Positions 19,201 to 27,915 are shown, numbered from the stretch's first letter. The stretch: DNA of 47,529 bases from Polyangiaceae bacterium (GCA_050287085.1 JBNKBE010000033.1:1-47529), one strand, 5' to 3'. The notes: generated by a model not told the origin, from the sequence alone. Made by a program: numbers and translations.

Positions 19201-19372
19201 CGTTGCCTGGATCCGGCAGCCCCGTGGTGACTTGAGTGATTTTGCGGTTGCGGTGGCGGCAGATCCGTTTGGCTACGTGGCGGTCACGGGGCACGCCTAC
19301 GGTGTCCTCACCCAATCCGACCCAAACCAGTCGTCGTCGAAGGACGACTTGGTAGTCCTTCGCTATCGTTGA
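16262..19372 (+). CDS. Large surface lipoprotein: about a dozen Cys-rich repeats, an Ig-like segment and a C-terminal SBBP-type beta-propeller
   Basis: Lipobox LMIG-C after ATG 16262; repeated C-x2-G-x3-C...G-x-W...C units; ITLSWSV...TTTYTLVA Ig-like segment; repeated GT-x3-D...A-x-D-x2-G-x-V-x-V-x-G-x-T-x-G...D-x-F-x-AKY blades. Confidence 0.8.
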   Translation: MKNVVTIQQVARLWAAGCSLSLGVLMIGCDPDPINLAGLDSGVGGSRVTSSVVPVTRAGSGGEGAEDDESEAPLTVGGATGADGDGSAGGGEAGDAGLATPDSGGCEEGERRCAPQLKGVVESCDAGGRWQLVAQCDGEAPSCFEGDCVACEAGTSSCDASGVLSCGSDGQWVQKEACQPGTYCVDGEFICRACEDDERQCLDHNTLGVCADAEFVAEPCGGEQPYCVDGQCQACHPSESKAYCSEGKPTRCEGGHWQVGAPCGGDTPVCSETLGGCVACEEGGARCGADGTRELCDGLGRWQPAPCSGAFSECLAGECVECEPSQAPPLCREGARHECNAAGAYELVQRCEGNTPVCLTNLGECGACSEGEQQCSNDHTAVETCNASGQFQSAACSGSKPVCDAAQCVECSASSGVVASCAGATPLLCAAGKWVAQAPCSGDTPSCDAGTGSCVCREGDFRCQGPGGARLERCELGRWVAQATCTGSAPICDASGGACVCNNGDYRCTDAQLLQCAAGAWLEKTRCSGLISRCDAALAQCVCPDGTLKCTEPPPAIAGFSSNKTSLPGGGGAITLSWSVTDASALFVEADVGGDLGVVTGTSVSVTAAQTTTYTLVATSGGGEARKSLVVEVSASGELDSWAVRSGTSDQENPAALAFDAQGGLVVVGWTDAAFPGPRIAQTLGATDLFLHRYSNTGTRTLALQFGTQASDLAAALAIDGEGAIWVAGYTYGAFEGSNRGGSDALLAKYSSKGVQQKRIQLGSNKDDKATGVAVGADNSVYVSGWTEGAVTGTSFGARDIFLAQYTSAGTELWRKQLGSADYDEGRAIAVNDSGTVFVGGSTTGALSASKPPNYQAVLAIYSKDGAAQKVLQFGPSSGAGISALAIDSQGNAVVAGSTSGTLGTVGAPAGGSDIFVAKYTPSGTQLWSHQFGTPQDDTAYGVALDSLDNVFVVGSTAGAFDGGAVGGVFVAKLTADGQSVAWIRQPRGDLSDFAVAVAADPFGYVAVTGHAYGVLTQSDPNQSSSKDDLVVLRYR

Positions 19373-19373
19373 T

Positions 19374-19440
19374 TGCACTCGATGCGCGCGCTCACGGTTG
19401 CACTCGATGAGCGGGCTCACTGACGTGCACTCGATGAGCG
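19374..19440. repeat. Three copies of TGCACTCGATG(C/A)GCG at 25-27 bp spacing
   Basis: Copies at 19374, 19399 and 19426, immediately after the stop codon. Confidence 0.8.
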
Positions 19441-19488
19441 CACGTACCGAGCGTATTGTGGCGCTGCAGCTCTCCGAAGGCCTGACTC

Positions 19489-19527
19489 AAAAAGCGACGC
19501 CGCGCGGCATGAGCTGGCGCGGCGTCG
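19489..19527 (-). terminator. Rho-independent terminator for the minus-strand ABC operon
   Basis: 11-bp perfect stem CGACGCCGCGC / GCGCGGCGTCG followed on the minus strand by CTTTTT. Confidence 0.7.
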
Positions 19528-19565
19528 AAGCGGACCCGTCGGAAGGCGACGGGTTAGGGTTGATG

Positions 19566-20972
19566 TTAAGCTGAAAGTCGTAGGATGTTGGCGTCCGTCA
19601 GCTCTTGTCGCGCCAGTTTGCCCTGAGCGCGTCCTCGGCTCATGACGATGGACCTATGGCACAAGCCGGCCAGCTCCTCCGCTTCGGAGCTGGACACGAT
19701 AACCCCCGTGCCTTGGGCTGCCAGCTCGCGGACGACACGGTAGACGTCTGCCTTGGCGGCCACGTCCAAACCGCGGGTGGGCTCGTCCAGCAACAACACC
19801 TTGGGGTGCTTGAGCATCCACTTGGACAGTACGATCTTCTGCTGGTTACCCCCCGAAAGCATCCGCGCCGCCCCACCCCCGCGGATCCCGAAGCTCTTCA
19901 TGTAGGGCTCGGCGATCTTCAGCTCATCCTCCAGAAGGAACTTGCTGAGCGTGGGTAGCGCCACGTTGCGTTCGACCAACATGTCCAGAATGAGCCCTTG
20001 TGTAGCGCGCTCCTCCGGTACGAGCGCGATGCCCGCCGCAATGGCGTCCCGCGGGTCATGAATGGCGACGGGCTGTCCGTCGACCTTCACATCTAGGGTA
20101 CAGTTGCGTGCACCGAACAACTCGAGCAAGACGCTGGTACGTCCGGCTCCCACGAGTCCGGCGAGGCCCAGAATTTCGCCCTTATGCAGATCGAAGTCGA
20201 TTCGACCGCGGACTTCCATCATTACCTCGGGCCCGTGGGGCTCAGGCTCTGCATGTTCTGAGATACTAGAACCTGCGAGGGCTTCGACCAAGGTGTCGAC
20301 CGTTGCGTCTTGAGTGTCGAATTGTGCCACCCGCTGCCCGTCGCGCAAACATACGACACGGTCCGTGATCGCCAGGGTTTCTTGCAGCCGGTGCGAGATG
20401 TACACCATGGCAAGCCGGGCTTGTCGCAGCTCGTCGAGCAGTCGAAAGAGGAGCTTTGCGTCGTGGTTGGTCAGCGTTGCTGTGGGTTCGTCCAGCAGCA
20501 GTACCTTGGTGTCGAGCGATAGTGCGCGGGCGATCTCCACCCGTTGTTTGACGCCCGGACTCAAGGAGCCGAGGCGCGCCCGCGGGTCAACGCCTCCTCC
20601 CACGCGATCGAGCGCGCGCTCGGCGCGTCGATAGAGCTCCTTGCGGTCGATGACCCCAAAACGGCGTGGTTCGTGGCCGAGCAATACGTTCGACGCGACG
20701 TCTAGGTCGTCGGCCTGAATCAGCTCCTGGCGAACGAGGGAGACCCCAAGCTCGATCGCATCCGCGGGGCTCGTTGGGGTTCGCCCGTCGATCTCCACGG
20801 TGCCTTTGTCCGGTAGGTAGACCCCGGACGCGATCTTCATCAGGGTCGACTTGCCGGCGCCATTGCCTCCGAGGAGGCCTACGATCTCGCCGGCGGCGAC
20901 CTCGAAGTCCACGCCCCGCAGAGCGCGGATCCCGCCGAACGTCTTTTCGATGCCTTTGAGCTTGAGCGTCAC
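19566..20972 (-). CDS. Sugar ABC transporter ATP-binding protein (RbsA/MglA type)
   Basis: GGNGAGKST, LLDEPT twice, LSGGNQQK; GTG start overlapping the SBP stop. Confidence 0.9.
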   Translation of the reverse strand: MTLKLKGIEKTFGGIRALRGVDFEVAAGEIVGLLGGNGAGKSTLMKIASGVYLPDKGTVEIDGRTPTSPADAIELGVSLVRQELIQADDLDVASNVLLGHEPRRFGVIDRKELYRRAERALDRVGGGVDPRARLGSLSPGVKQRVEIARALSLDTKVLLLDEPTATLTNHDAKLLFRLLDELRQARLAMVYISHRLQETLAITDRVVCLRDGQRVAQFDTQDATVDTLVEALAGSSISEHAEPEPHGPEVMMEVRGRIDFDLHKGEILGLAGLVGAGRTSVLLELFGARNCTLDVKVDGQPVAIHDPRDAIAAGIALVPEERATQGLILDMLVERNVALPTLSKFLLEDELKIAEPYMKSFGIRGGGAARMLSGGNQQKIVLSKWMLKHPKVLLLDEPTRGLDVAAKADVYRVVRELAAQGTGVIVSSSEAEELAGLCHRSIVMSRGRAQGKLARQELTDANILRLSA

Positions 20973-21988
20973 TTCTTCAGCTCTTTCAACTTGCTCCAGA
21001 AGTCACCGACATTCTCTTTGGTGATGGTGTCGATGCCAGTGTCGTAGTTCTCGGGGACCTTCTCCCCGTCCAGCGACGCCTTGAGGAACTTCATGGCTTG
21101 ATAGCCAAACTCGAAGGGCTTCTGCACAATCGTTGCGTAGATCAAGCCGTCTTGTACGGCCTTCAGCACCTCTTCATCCTCGTCAAAGGCGATGATGGCA
21201 GGCTTCTCCGCACGTGCGGACTCCCGCACGGTGCCGGCGATCGCCGGACCGTTGTAGGACCAGAGCCCAATGGCCAATACGAGATCGGGGTAGCGAACGA
21301 GGGCGTCTTCGACGTTCTTCTTGGCCTTGGCTCTGTCGGTGTTGTCGAGGAATACCGGAAGGATCTCGAGGCCCGGCATTTGAGCTAGCTCTTGTTCAAC
21401 GCCCTTCTTCCGCTCGATGGCGTTTTGCATGTCGATACGCCCGACGAAGAGAGCGACCTTGCCCGCCGTCTTGCCTGTGGCTTTGAGCGCGGCGAGGGCA
21501 GCTTTGCCGGCGGCTTGGCCCGCGCTGACGTTGTTGGTTCCCACGTAGGCAAGGCGTTTGGACTCAGGAGCGTCCGAGTCGGTGGTGACCAGCGGCATCT
21601 TGGCGGCGACCTTGTTGAGCACCGAGGTCATGGCGCCGGGATTGATCGGCACTACGGCGACGCCGTCAAACCCCATTACCTGGATGTCCTCCAGGAAGCG
21701 TTGTTGGTCCGAGACCTCGCCCTTGAGAGGACGAAAGATCTCTGCCTTGATGCCGAGATCTTTCTCGGCCTTTCTCAAACCCTTCTCAGCGATGTTCCAG
21801 AAATCAGCCGAGTTGTTGGTGACAAAGGCAAACTTCTTCATGCCTGGCTTATCAGCGGCGCCTTCACTAGGGCCGCCCTTGTCGCTCTTGCATCCGAAAG
21901 CAAGGGCGCTGAAGAGCACGACTAGAAGGGAGCGTCGCGCAACGCGCGCGAGGCCGCGGAATGAGGTATTTGCGGGAAGAGTCTTCAT
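20969..21988 (-). CDS. Sugar ABC transporter substrate-binding lipoprotein (type 1 periplasmic binding fold)
   Basis: Lipobox LAFG-C; DFWNIAEKG, TTDSDAPES.R.AYVGTNN and ATIVQKPFEFGY motifs. Confidence 0.88.
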   Translation of the reverse strand: MKTLPANTSFRGLARVARRSLLVVLFSALAFGCKSDKGGPSEGAADKPGMKKFAFVTNNSADFWNIAEKGLRKAEKDLGIKAEIFRPLKGEVSDQQRFLEDIQVMGFDGVAVVPINPGAMTSVLNKVAAKMPLVTTDSDAPESKRLAYVGTNNVSAGQAAGKAALAALKATGKTAGKVALFVGRIDMQNAIERKKGVEQELAQMPGLEILPVFLDNTDRAKAKKNVEDALVRYPDLVLAIGLWSYNGPAIAGTVRESARAEKPAIIAFDEDEEVLKAVQDGLIYATIVQKPFEFGYQAMKFLKASLDGEKVPENYDTGIDTITKENVGDFWSKLKELKK

Positions 21989-22018
21989 GTTTCTCCGTTG
22001 GGAAAGCGTTGCTGATGC

Positions 22019-23032
22019 TCAGCTCTTGAGTGCCGCGCGCCAAGCATCCAGGGTCTTCATGTTGCCGAGCGTGTCCTGCCAGGACATCGCCGGCCACGGG
22101 GCTTCGAGTTGTGGCAAGGTGCTGGCTACGAGTTCCGCCTCGAGACCATAAGTTGGTATGTCCGTCTCGACGCGCAGCGTTTCCGGCTCGGCACCATCGC
22201 GGTAGAGGGTCAGTTCGGTGTCCGTTCGCTGCCGGTCGCCGCCAGGGATCCACGGATCGGGCATCGCGATGCGGCCCTCTTCCCCGTAGATGACCGCTTG
22301 GGTGCCCAGGTCGTGAAATACAGCGCAGCCTACCTGCGCCGAGAAGCCTGAAGCGAACTTCAGGAAGGCCGAGGCGTGTTCATCGACGCCGGTTGGACCG
22401 ATCAAGCCGTTGGCCGTCAAAGAGATCGGTTCTTCAAACTCGGTGCCGGCTACGATGCCCGCGATCAAGCGAGCAAATGATACCGGATACCCGCCCACGT
22501 CCAGTATTCCGCCACCCGCAAGTTCCGGATTGAAGAGCCGCTGGGAAGCGACGCGGCGTTCGCGGAACCCGAAGTCAGCGCGCACTAGAATCGGTCTTCC
22601 AATGGCGCCTGCGCGCAGCTTGTCGATGAGCAGCGTCATCAGAGGATGACAGCGGTACATATAAGCTTCCATCAAGAACGTGCCCTTTTCGCGGGCTCGG
22701 CTTATGACGGTGTCGGCGTCGGCTGCGGTGACGCACATGGGCTTTTCACACAATACGTGCTTGCCGGCCTCGATGCAGGCAAGTGCCTGGTCTCGGTGCA
22801 AGGGGTGTGGTGTGGCCACATAAACGGCCTGCACCGCGTCATCGGCGAGCAGCTCATCCAGGCTGCCGGCGCTATGCGGCAGCTGCCACTGCTTGGCGAA
22901 AGCCGCGCCTTTTTCGGGCGACGACCCCGCTACGCTCACAACGGTGCAATGAGCGGAGTGCGTCAGCGCCTGGGCGAAGTCCGTCGCGATGCCGCCCGTG
23001 CCGATGATTCCCCAATTGAGCTTATTGTCCAT
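22019..23032 (-). CDS. Gfo/Idh/MocA-family oxidoreductase (possible aldose dehydrogenase)
   Basis: WGIIGTGGIA, YVATPHPLH, GKHVLCEKP, GGGILDVGGY. Confidence 0.92.
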   Translation of the reverse strand: MDNKLNWGIIGTGGIATDFAQALTHSAHCTVVSVAGSSPEKGAAFAKQWQLPHSAGSLDELLADDAVQAVYVATPHPLHRDQALACIEAGKHVLCEKPMCVTAADADTVISRAREKGTFLMEAYMYRCHPLMTLLIDKLRAGAIGRPILVRADFGFRERRVASQRLFNPELAGGGILDVGGYPVSFARLIAGIVAGTEFEEPISLTANGLIGPTGVDEHASAFLKFASGFSAQVGCAVFHDLGTQAVIYGEEGRIAMPDPWIPGGDRQRTDTELTLYRDGAEPETLRVETDIPTYGLEAELVASTLPQLEAPWPAMSWQDTLGNMKTLDAWRAALKS

Positions 23033-23158
23033 GTTTGCGACTTCTTTCGATTCCTGAAGGTGTTAGCACGAGGCCGAAGAGCGAACGCTCGACTTCACAG
23101 CGAATTGGCGCTCGCTCTCGGTTGTGCTCAGGCTAGCGGTGCGGAGCCTGTCGGCGGG

Positions 23159-24343
23159 TCACTCCGCGGTGAAGCGGTGCACCATCGTATGGCTGTAGGT
23201 TTCGCCCGGCTCCAGGACGAGGTCGTCCTTCCAAGCCTTCACGTTGACGGAATTGGGATGGTTCTGAGTTTCGAGGCAAAGGCCGCCGTACTGCGGGTAG
23301 GTGGCGCCTTTGCCTTTCAGGGAGCCATCGAGGTAGTTGCCCGTGTAGAATTGGACTCCGGGCTTATCACCCTCAATGGTTAGCACGCGTCCGGACGCAG
23401 GGTGCTTCAAACGCGCAACCGGTCGCAGCTTATTGGGTTCCCCGTCTACCACCCAATTGTGGTCGAAGCCTATGGGGTCACCCCCGGCGGCCTTGAGGTC
23501 CTTGGCGATGAGCTTCGGAGAGGTGAAGTCAAAGGGCGTTCCTTTGACTGGCTTGACCTTGCCGTCGGGGACCCCGGCAGGACCGGCTGGAGTGTACGCC
23601 TCGGCAAACAACGTCAGTTCGTGATCCTCGACGGTCCCGGAGTCGAAGCCACCCAGGTTCCAGTACGTGTGGTGCGCCATGTTGACGACTGTCGTGGCGT
23701 CGGTGGTCGCGGTCATTTCGACCTTGAACTCGTTGTCGTCGGTGAGAGTGTAGGTCGACTTGGCGGTTACCGTACCGGGGTAGCCTTCCTCGCCGTCCTT
23801 GGAAACATAGGTAAACGTCACGGACTGAGCCGCGTCACCGCTCTTGGGCTCCGCCGACCATACGACCTTGTCCCAGCCCTTCTTACCGCCGTGCAGATGG
23901 TGGGGACCGGCGTTGGTTGCAAGCTTGTAGTTCTTGCCCTTCAGTTGAAACTTGCCGTCTTTGATGCGATTGGCAACCCGTCCTACCGTTGCACCAAAAT
24001 AGGGACTCCCAGCCTGATACTCGTCGACGTTGCCGAAGCCGAGTACGACGTCAGCGAGCTTTCCGTCTTTGTCGGGCACATGAAACTCGGTGATGGTGGC
24101 TCCGTAGTTGGTAACCTTCAGCACCAAGCCATTCTTGTTGGTCAACGTATAGAGCGTAAGCTCCTTGCCGTCGACGCTGCCGTAGGGCGATTCTTCAATT
24201 CCGGAGGCGCTTTCCTCTGGGGTTCCAGCATCAGCTGTGCCTGCTGACTCGTCTCCGCTTTCGTTCGCGGGAGTCTTGGGGGTTGTGCAGGCAAAGGCTA
24301 CCAGTGCGCCGGTTAGAGCCCAGCGAAGTAGTGAAGTTTTCAA
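23159..24343 (-). CDS. galM: Aldose 1-epimerase (mutarotase) with a lipoprotein signal
   Basis: YFGATVGRVANRI, HLHGG, EEGYPG, NMAHHTYWNL, GVQFYTGN, CLETQ; N-terminal LVAFA-C lipobox; TTG start. Confidence 0.93.
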   Translation of the reverse strand: MKTSLLRWALTGALVAFACTTPKTPANESGDESAGTADAGTPEESASGIEESPYGSVDGKELTLYTLTNKNGLVLKVTNYGATITEFHVPDKDGKLADVVLGFGNVDEYQAGSPYFGATVGRVANRIKDGKFQLKGKNYKLATNAGPHHLHGGKKGWDKVVWSAEPKSGDAAQSVTFTYVSKDGEEGYPGTVTAKSTYTLTDDNEFKVEMTATTDATTVVNMAHHTYWNLGGFDSGTVEDHELTLFAEAYTPAGPAGVPDGKVKPVKGTPFDFTSPKLIAKDLKAAGGDPIGFDHNWVVDGEPNKLRPVARLKHPASGRVLTIEGDKPGVQFYTGNYLDGSLKGKGATYPQYGGLCLETQNHPNSVNVKAWKDDLVLEPGETYSHTMVHRFTAE

Positions 24344-24358
24344 GATGAACCTACTTTC

Positions 24359-25390
24359 TTAGTTCTTTTCGAACATCCTGTCCAGAATCACAGCGGCGAG
24401 GATTACGCCGCCAGCGACGACGTTTTGCCATAGAGATTGGCCGACTAGATTCACCGCGTTGAAGGTGATCTGCATGATGGCAGCCCCGATCAACACGCCG
24501 AAGACGGAGCCTCGGCCGCCGTTGAGTGAACAACCGCCCAGGACGGCCGCAGCAACGGCGTGAAGCTCGTAGGCGATGCCAAGGGACGGCGTGGCCGACG
24601 GAAGGTAAGCGACGTAGAGTACGCCAGCAAAGCCCGACAGGGCCGCACACACGATGAACGCGATCATGCGGATACGCCGCACGGGAACACCCGATAAGCG
24701 AGCGGCCTCGGCGTTGGAACCGATCGCGTAGCAGTAGCGGCCGAACACGGTGCGATGCATCATGAACGCTACGACTGCCACGGCGATGAGCGCAAACCAC
24801 GACGGCATTGGCAACCCGAGACCCGTGCCCTCGCCCAGGAAGCGAAAGCCCGGGAACTTGCCCTGAAAGCCGATGTCTCCACCGCCGGTGAGCACCTCGG
24901 CGATACCGCGTAGCAGCAGCATGGATCCCAGAGTAACGACAAAGGGCTGCACTCCGAGGCCCGCGCATACCACGCCGTGGAGCACGCCGACGAGAACGGC
25001 GGAAAGCACCCCTAGGGTCACCGCAAGAGTGATGTCGACGCCAACAACCATCGAGAGATAACTCGATATGACCGCTGTCAGACAGATGACCGAACCGATG
25101 GAAAGGTCGATGCCGCCGCTGATGATAAGCACCGCTTCGCCCAGGGCGAAGAGGGAGATCATCGAGATGTGGCGCAACGTGTTGCGGAGGTTGTCGGCGG
25201 TCAGGAAGATGGGGTTGAGCATGGCTGTGACGATCGCCAGCGCGATCATCACGCCGAACATGGTCAGCTCTTTGCTCATGCCCCTAGAGGCGAAGACGGC
25301 CTTGAGCGTCCCAGCAGCGGGTTGTGAGGGATTGCCTGTGCTGGGCCCTTGGCCCGCTGATGGTGAGGGATTCGTTTCGAGCTGTTTCAT
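24359..25390 (-). CDS. Sugar ABC transporter permease (RbsC type)
   Basis: IISGGIDLSIGS, QPFVVTLG, AIGSNAEAARLSG, YELHAVAAAVLGG; start placed at ATG 25390. Confidence 0.9.
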   Translation of the reverse strand: MKQLETNPSPSAGQGPSTGNPSQPAAGTLKAVFASRGMSKELTMFGVMIALAIVTAMLNPIFLTADNLRNTLRHISMISLFALGEAVLIISGGIDLSIGSVICLTAVISSYLSMVVGVDITLAVTLGVLSAVLVGVLHGVVCAGLGVQPFVVTLGSMLLLRGIAEVLTGGGDIGFQGKFPGFRFLGEGTGLGLPMPSWFALIAVAVVAFMMHRTVFGRYCYAIGSNAEAARLSGVPVRRIRMIAFIVCAALSGFAGVLYVAYLPSATPSLGIAYELHAVAAAVLGGCSLNGGRGSVFGVLIGAAIMQITFNAVNLVGQSLWQNVVAGGVILAAVILDRMFEKN

Positions 25391-25987
25391 GTCGTTGTCA
25401 GGGGGCTCAGAGGAAGCCGGCTTGGGGCCCTCGCGCGAGGAACGTGCCTGGATGGCTTGGGGTGACGATCTACTGCAGCGTAGTGGCCTACAGATCGGGC
25501 AGACGCCGAGAACTGCGGTTCTGGGAGCCGCTCCCGACCCTAGCTTCAGCGGGGCGCGAGTGTGCCCAAGTGCGGACCAAAAAAAAAGGTCGCTCGCCCC
25601 CGTGTCGGCCGCTGGAGCAGAAAAGGCTCGCGCGCTGCAGCGAAAGTGCGGACAACTCCAAGCCACGATTCCTGCAGCTGGCAAGTCGCGGCCGCCCGGC
25701 GCCAGCGCACAAACGCCGGTGCAGCGTGTTTCCGGTATGTTTCGTTGTGCGCGTCAGGGCGCGGCCGGCCAAATATGACCCCTAGCGGAGGGAGCTTTCG
25801 GGTGGCGTTCCTCGCTAGCCACACTCGGTGCGTGGTATGGGGCGCCCCGCGCGGGGGCCCCAGCGCCCCTTGCCCGCAGATCTGCCGCGACCAGAACAGG
25901 TTGGGATGAGAGCACAAAGTGCCGCTGATAGGGGGGCTGATTCGGCCCTCGAGCGGCGCCGAGGAGCCTGCGTTTTAGGCCTGCGCC

Positions 25988-27808
25988 TCAGGGCAGGGCC
26001 TTGACGTCCAACACGACAAACCCGAGAAACTGCCCGTTGTAGGGCTGCTCGCCGATGGCGTTGGCAATCAGTGGATCCAGATTGGTCAGACTGACCTCGG
26101 TTCCCGCGCAGCTGTTGTCAGACGCAATGCCGCAGTTGGCCGTCGCGCTGTTGTTTGGATCCGCAGACGAGAGGATGAGCTTGGAACCCCCTTCGACCTC
26201 GAAGGTGAACTCGTAGTCTGTGTCAAATACGCAGTGACACATGCGGGTGTTGCCCGGCACTCCCACCGAATTGAGGAAGTAGTTCTGGGCCGGGGACTCT
26301 GTGCGCAAGCGATAGACGTTGTAGCCGTTGGTGTTGTTGTCGGGAGCGCCGCCGATATAGAGGCCGTTGGCGGGGATCTGGCTACCGCTGCTATCGGCGT
26401 CTACGCCGCCGGAGTAGGTTTTGGATTCCACCAGTCCGCGGACAGCCACCGTTACCTCGTAGTAGCGCCCAGGGTCGCCGCCGAAAGTGAGCTCCGCGTA
26501 ATGGGTTATGAAACCCTGAAGGCCGGGATCACCCGTGAACGTGCGGCCGATGTTGACCGGGGTACAAACCTCGATGGAGGTGAAGGTGCCACACGGCAGG
26601 AGGATGGTGTGGCCGTTGAGCTCGGCGGCAAAGGACATGAGATCGGGACTCTTGACGCACGTGTCGGGCTCGCAGCCGTCCCCCGCGATGGTGTTGCCGT
26701 CATCGCATTCTTCGTTGCCGCTGACTATGCCGTCGCCGCACGTCGTAAGCTGGCAACTGCTCGTATCCACCGCACACGCGCGACAGGCTAGGGTGCCGAA
26801 GTCGAAGCCCAAACCGGTGCAGCTGACTCCAGGGGGGAGCGAGCCGTCGCAAGCCTCGTTGCTGTCCATCACACCATCTCCGCACACCGGTCGGCTGCAG
26901 TCGGTGCGGCAGGCATCCGGTGCAAAGTCGGAGTTGTTGTCACCGTCATCGCATTGCTCGGCGCCGAACTTGACGCCGTCCCCGCAGCGATTGGCGGCGC
27001 ACTCGGACGTTTCGTAGCGGCACGTCGCCGAGCAGCGGAGCTCTCCGAAATCGAAGTCTTGACTGGCGCAGTTCTGCCCGCCCAGAGCAGCGCCGTCACA
27101 TTGCTCATCCTGGTCAACTGTACCGTCCCCGCAGCGGGCCTGCGTGCAGTCGGTGCGGCAGGCATCCGGTGCAAAGTCGGAGTTGTCGCTGCCATTGTCA
27201 CACTCCTCGCCGGGGTCGAGCCGGCTATTGCCGCAGCTGGGTGCTGTCAGATCGTCTTCGGCAGGCACTCCCCCGGTCGAGGTCTCCTCAGCGGGCCTGC
27301 CTCCGCTTTCGTCCTCGCCGCCCACGCCGCTGCCGCCCACGCCGCTGCCGTCCGCGCCGCTGCCGTCCGCGCCGCTGCCGTCCACGCCGCTGCCGCCCCC
27401 GCCGCTATCGTCAACGCCCACGCCACCACCGCCTACGACCCCAGAAGAGGTCCCGGTGCCCCCCGCCTCTTGGGAAGCACCTCCAGAGCCTGGGGGGTTG
27501 TCGTCCGAGTCGGCCCTTGCGCCCCCCGTTGCCGCTCCGGGCGTCAGTGGCAGGGCTTCGCCGTCCAAGCCAGCTTCCCGGGAAGCTGCGCCGTTGGAGC
27601 CGCCGGGAGCGCCAAGGGAGTTCACCGCGTCCTTCCCGCCAACGGGAGCCATCCCGCTGCCGCGCACTCCTGGCTTGGCAACGGGAGCTTCGATGGCGCA
27701 GCTTTGCAGCGACGCTAGGGCGACCAGCACTGCCCCGAGCCCAATTCCCCCCCCTAGTAACCCCATGACCTGGCGGGGTCGAGGTGCCCTTCCCTGTGCG
27801 TCGCCCAT
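25988..27808 (-). CDS. Surface lipoprotein: Gly/Ser linker, 5 DUF4215-type Cys-rich repeats and the same 218-aa C-terminal domain as 11033-12331
   Basis: Probable lipobox LQS-C; CG(D/N)...E(E/Q/A)CD repeats; C-terminal domain aligns without gaps to the paralog. Confidence 0.82.
   Translation of the reverse strand: MGDAQGRAPRPRQVMGLLGGGIGLGAVLVALASLQSCAIEAPVAKPGVRGSGMAPVGGKDAVNSLGAPGGSNGAASREAGLDGEALPLTPGAATGGARADSDDNPPGSGGASQEAGGTGTSSGVVGGGGVGVDDSGGGGSGVDGSGADGSGADGSGVGGSGVGGEDESGGRPAEETSTGGVPAEDDLTAPSCGNSRLDPGEECDNGSDNSDFAPDACRTDCTQARCGDGTVDQDEQCDGAALGGQNCASQDFDFGELRCSATCRYETSECAANRCGDGVKFGAEQCDDGDNNSDFAPDACRTDCSRPVCGDGVMDSNEACDGSLPPGVSCTGLGFDFGTLACRACAVDTSSCQLTTCGDGIVSGNEECDDGNTIAGDGCEPDTCVKSPDLMSFAAELNGHTILLPCGTFTSIEVCTPVNIGRTFTGDPGLQGFITHYAELTFGGDPGRYYEVTVAVRGLVESKTYSGGVDADSSGSQIPANGLYIGGAPDNNTNGYNVYRLRTESPAQNYFLNSVGVPGNTRMCHCVFDTDYEFTFEVEGGSKLILSSADPNNSATANCGIASDNSCAGTEVSLTNLDPLIANAIGEQPYNGQFLGFVVLDVKALP
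27321..27395. repeat. Coding tandem repeat, 5 x 15 bp ((C/T)CC(A/G)CGCCGCTGCCG), encoding GSG(V/A)(D/G)
   Basis: Read directly, within the linker of 25988-27808. Confidence 0.9.
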
Positions 27809-27915
27809 GGCGCCAAGACTAGGTGCCGTTTGACGAGTTGACCAGCGTTATGTGCTGGCGGGCGTCGCCCCCATGTTCCACCGCACGCTGCGTCTTTGTA
27901 TCCCCGGAGCGAGAC

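Noticed and set aside
19374..19440. Mini-CRISPR
   Set aside because: The repeats are only 15 bp, and the 10-12-nt spacers resemble each other (both contain GCTCAC), so this is a degenerate tandem repeat.
25579..25587. A9 tract (T9 on the minus strand) upstream of the second ABC operon as a terminator or attenuator
   Set aside because: I could not find a convincing hairpin immediately before the T run.
11675..26644. Diversity-generating retroelement (TR/VR) or invertible segment explaining the duplicated head domain
   Set aside because: No reverse transcriptase or recombinase is present; both copies are intact ORFs; the differences inspected include non-adenine C/T changes; the copies are too diverged for an active inversion site.
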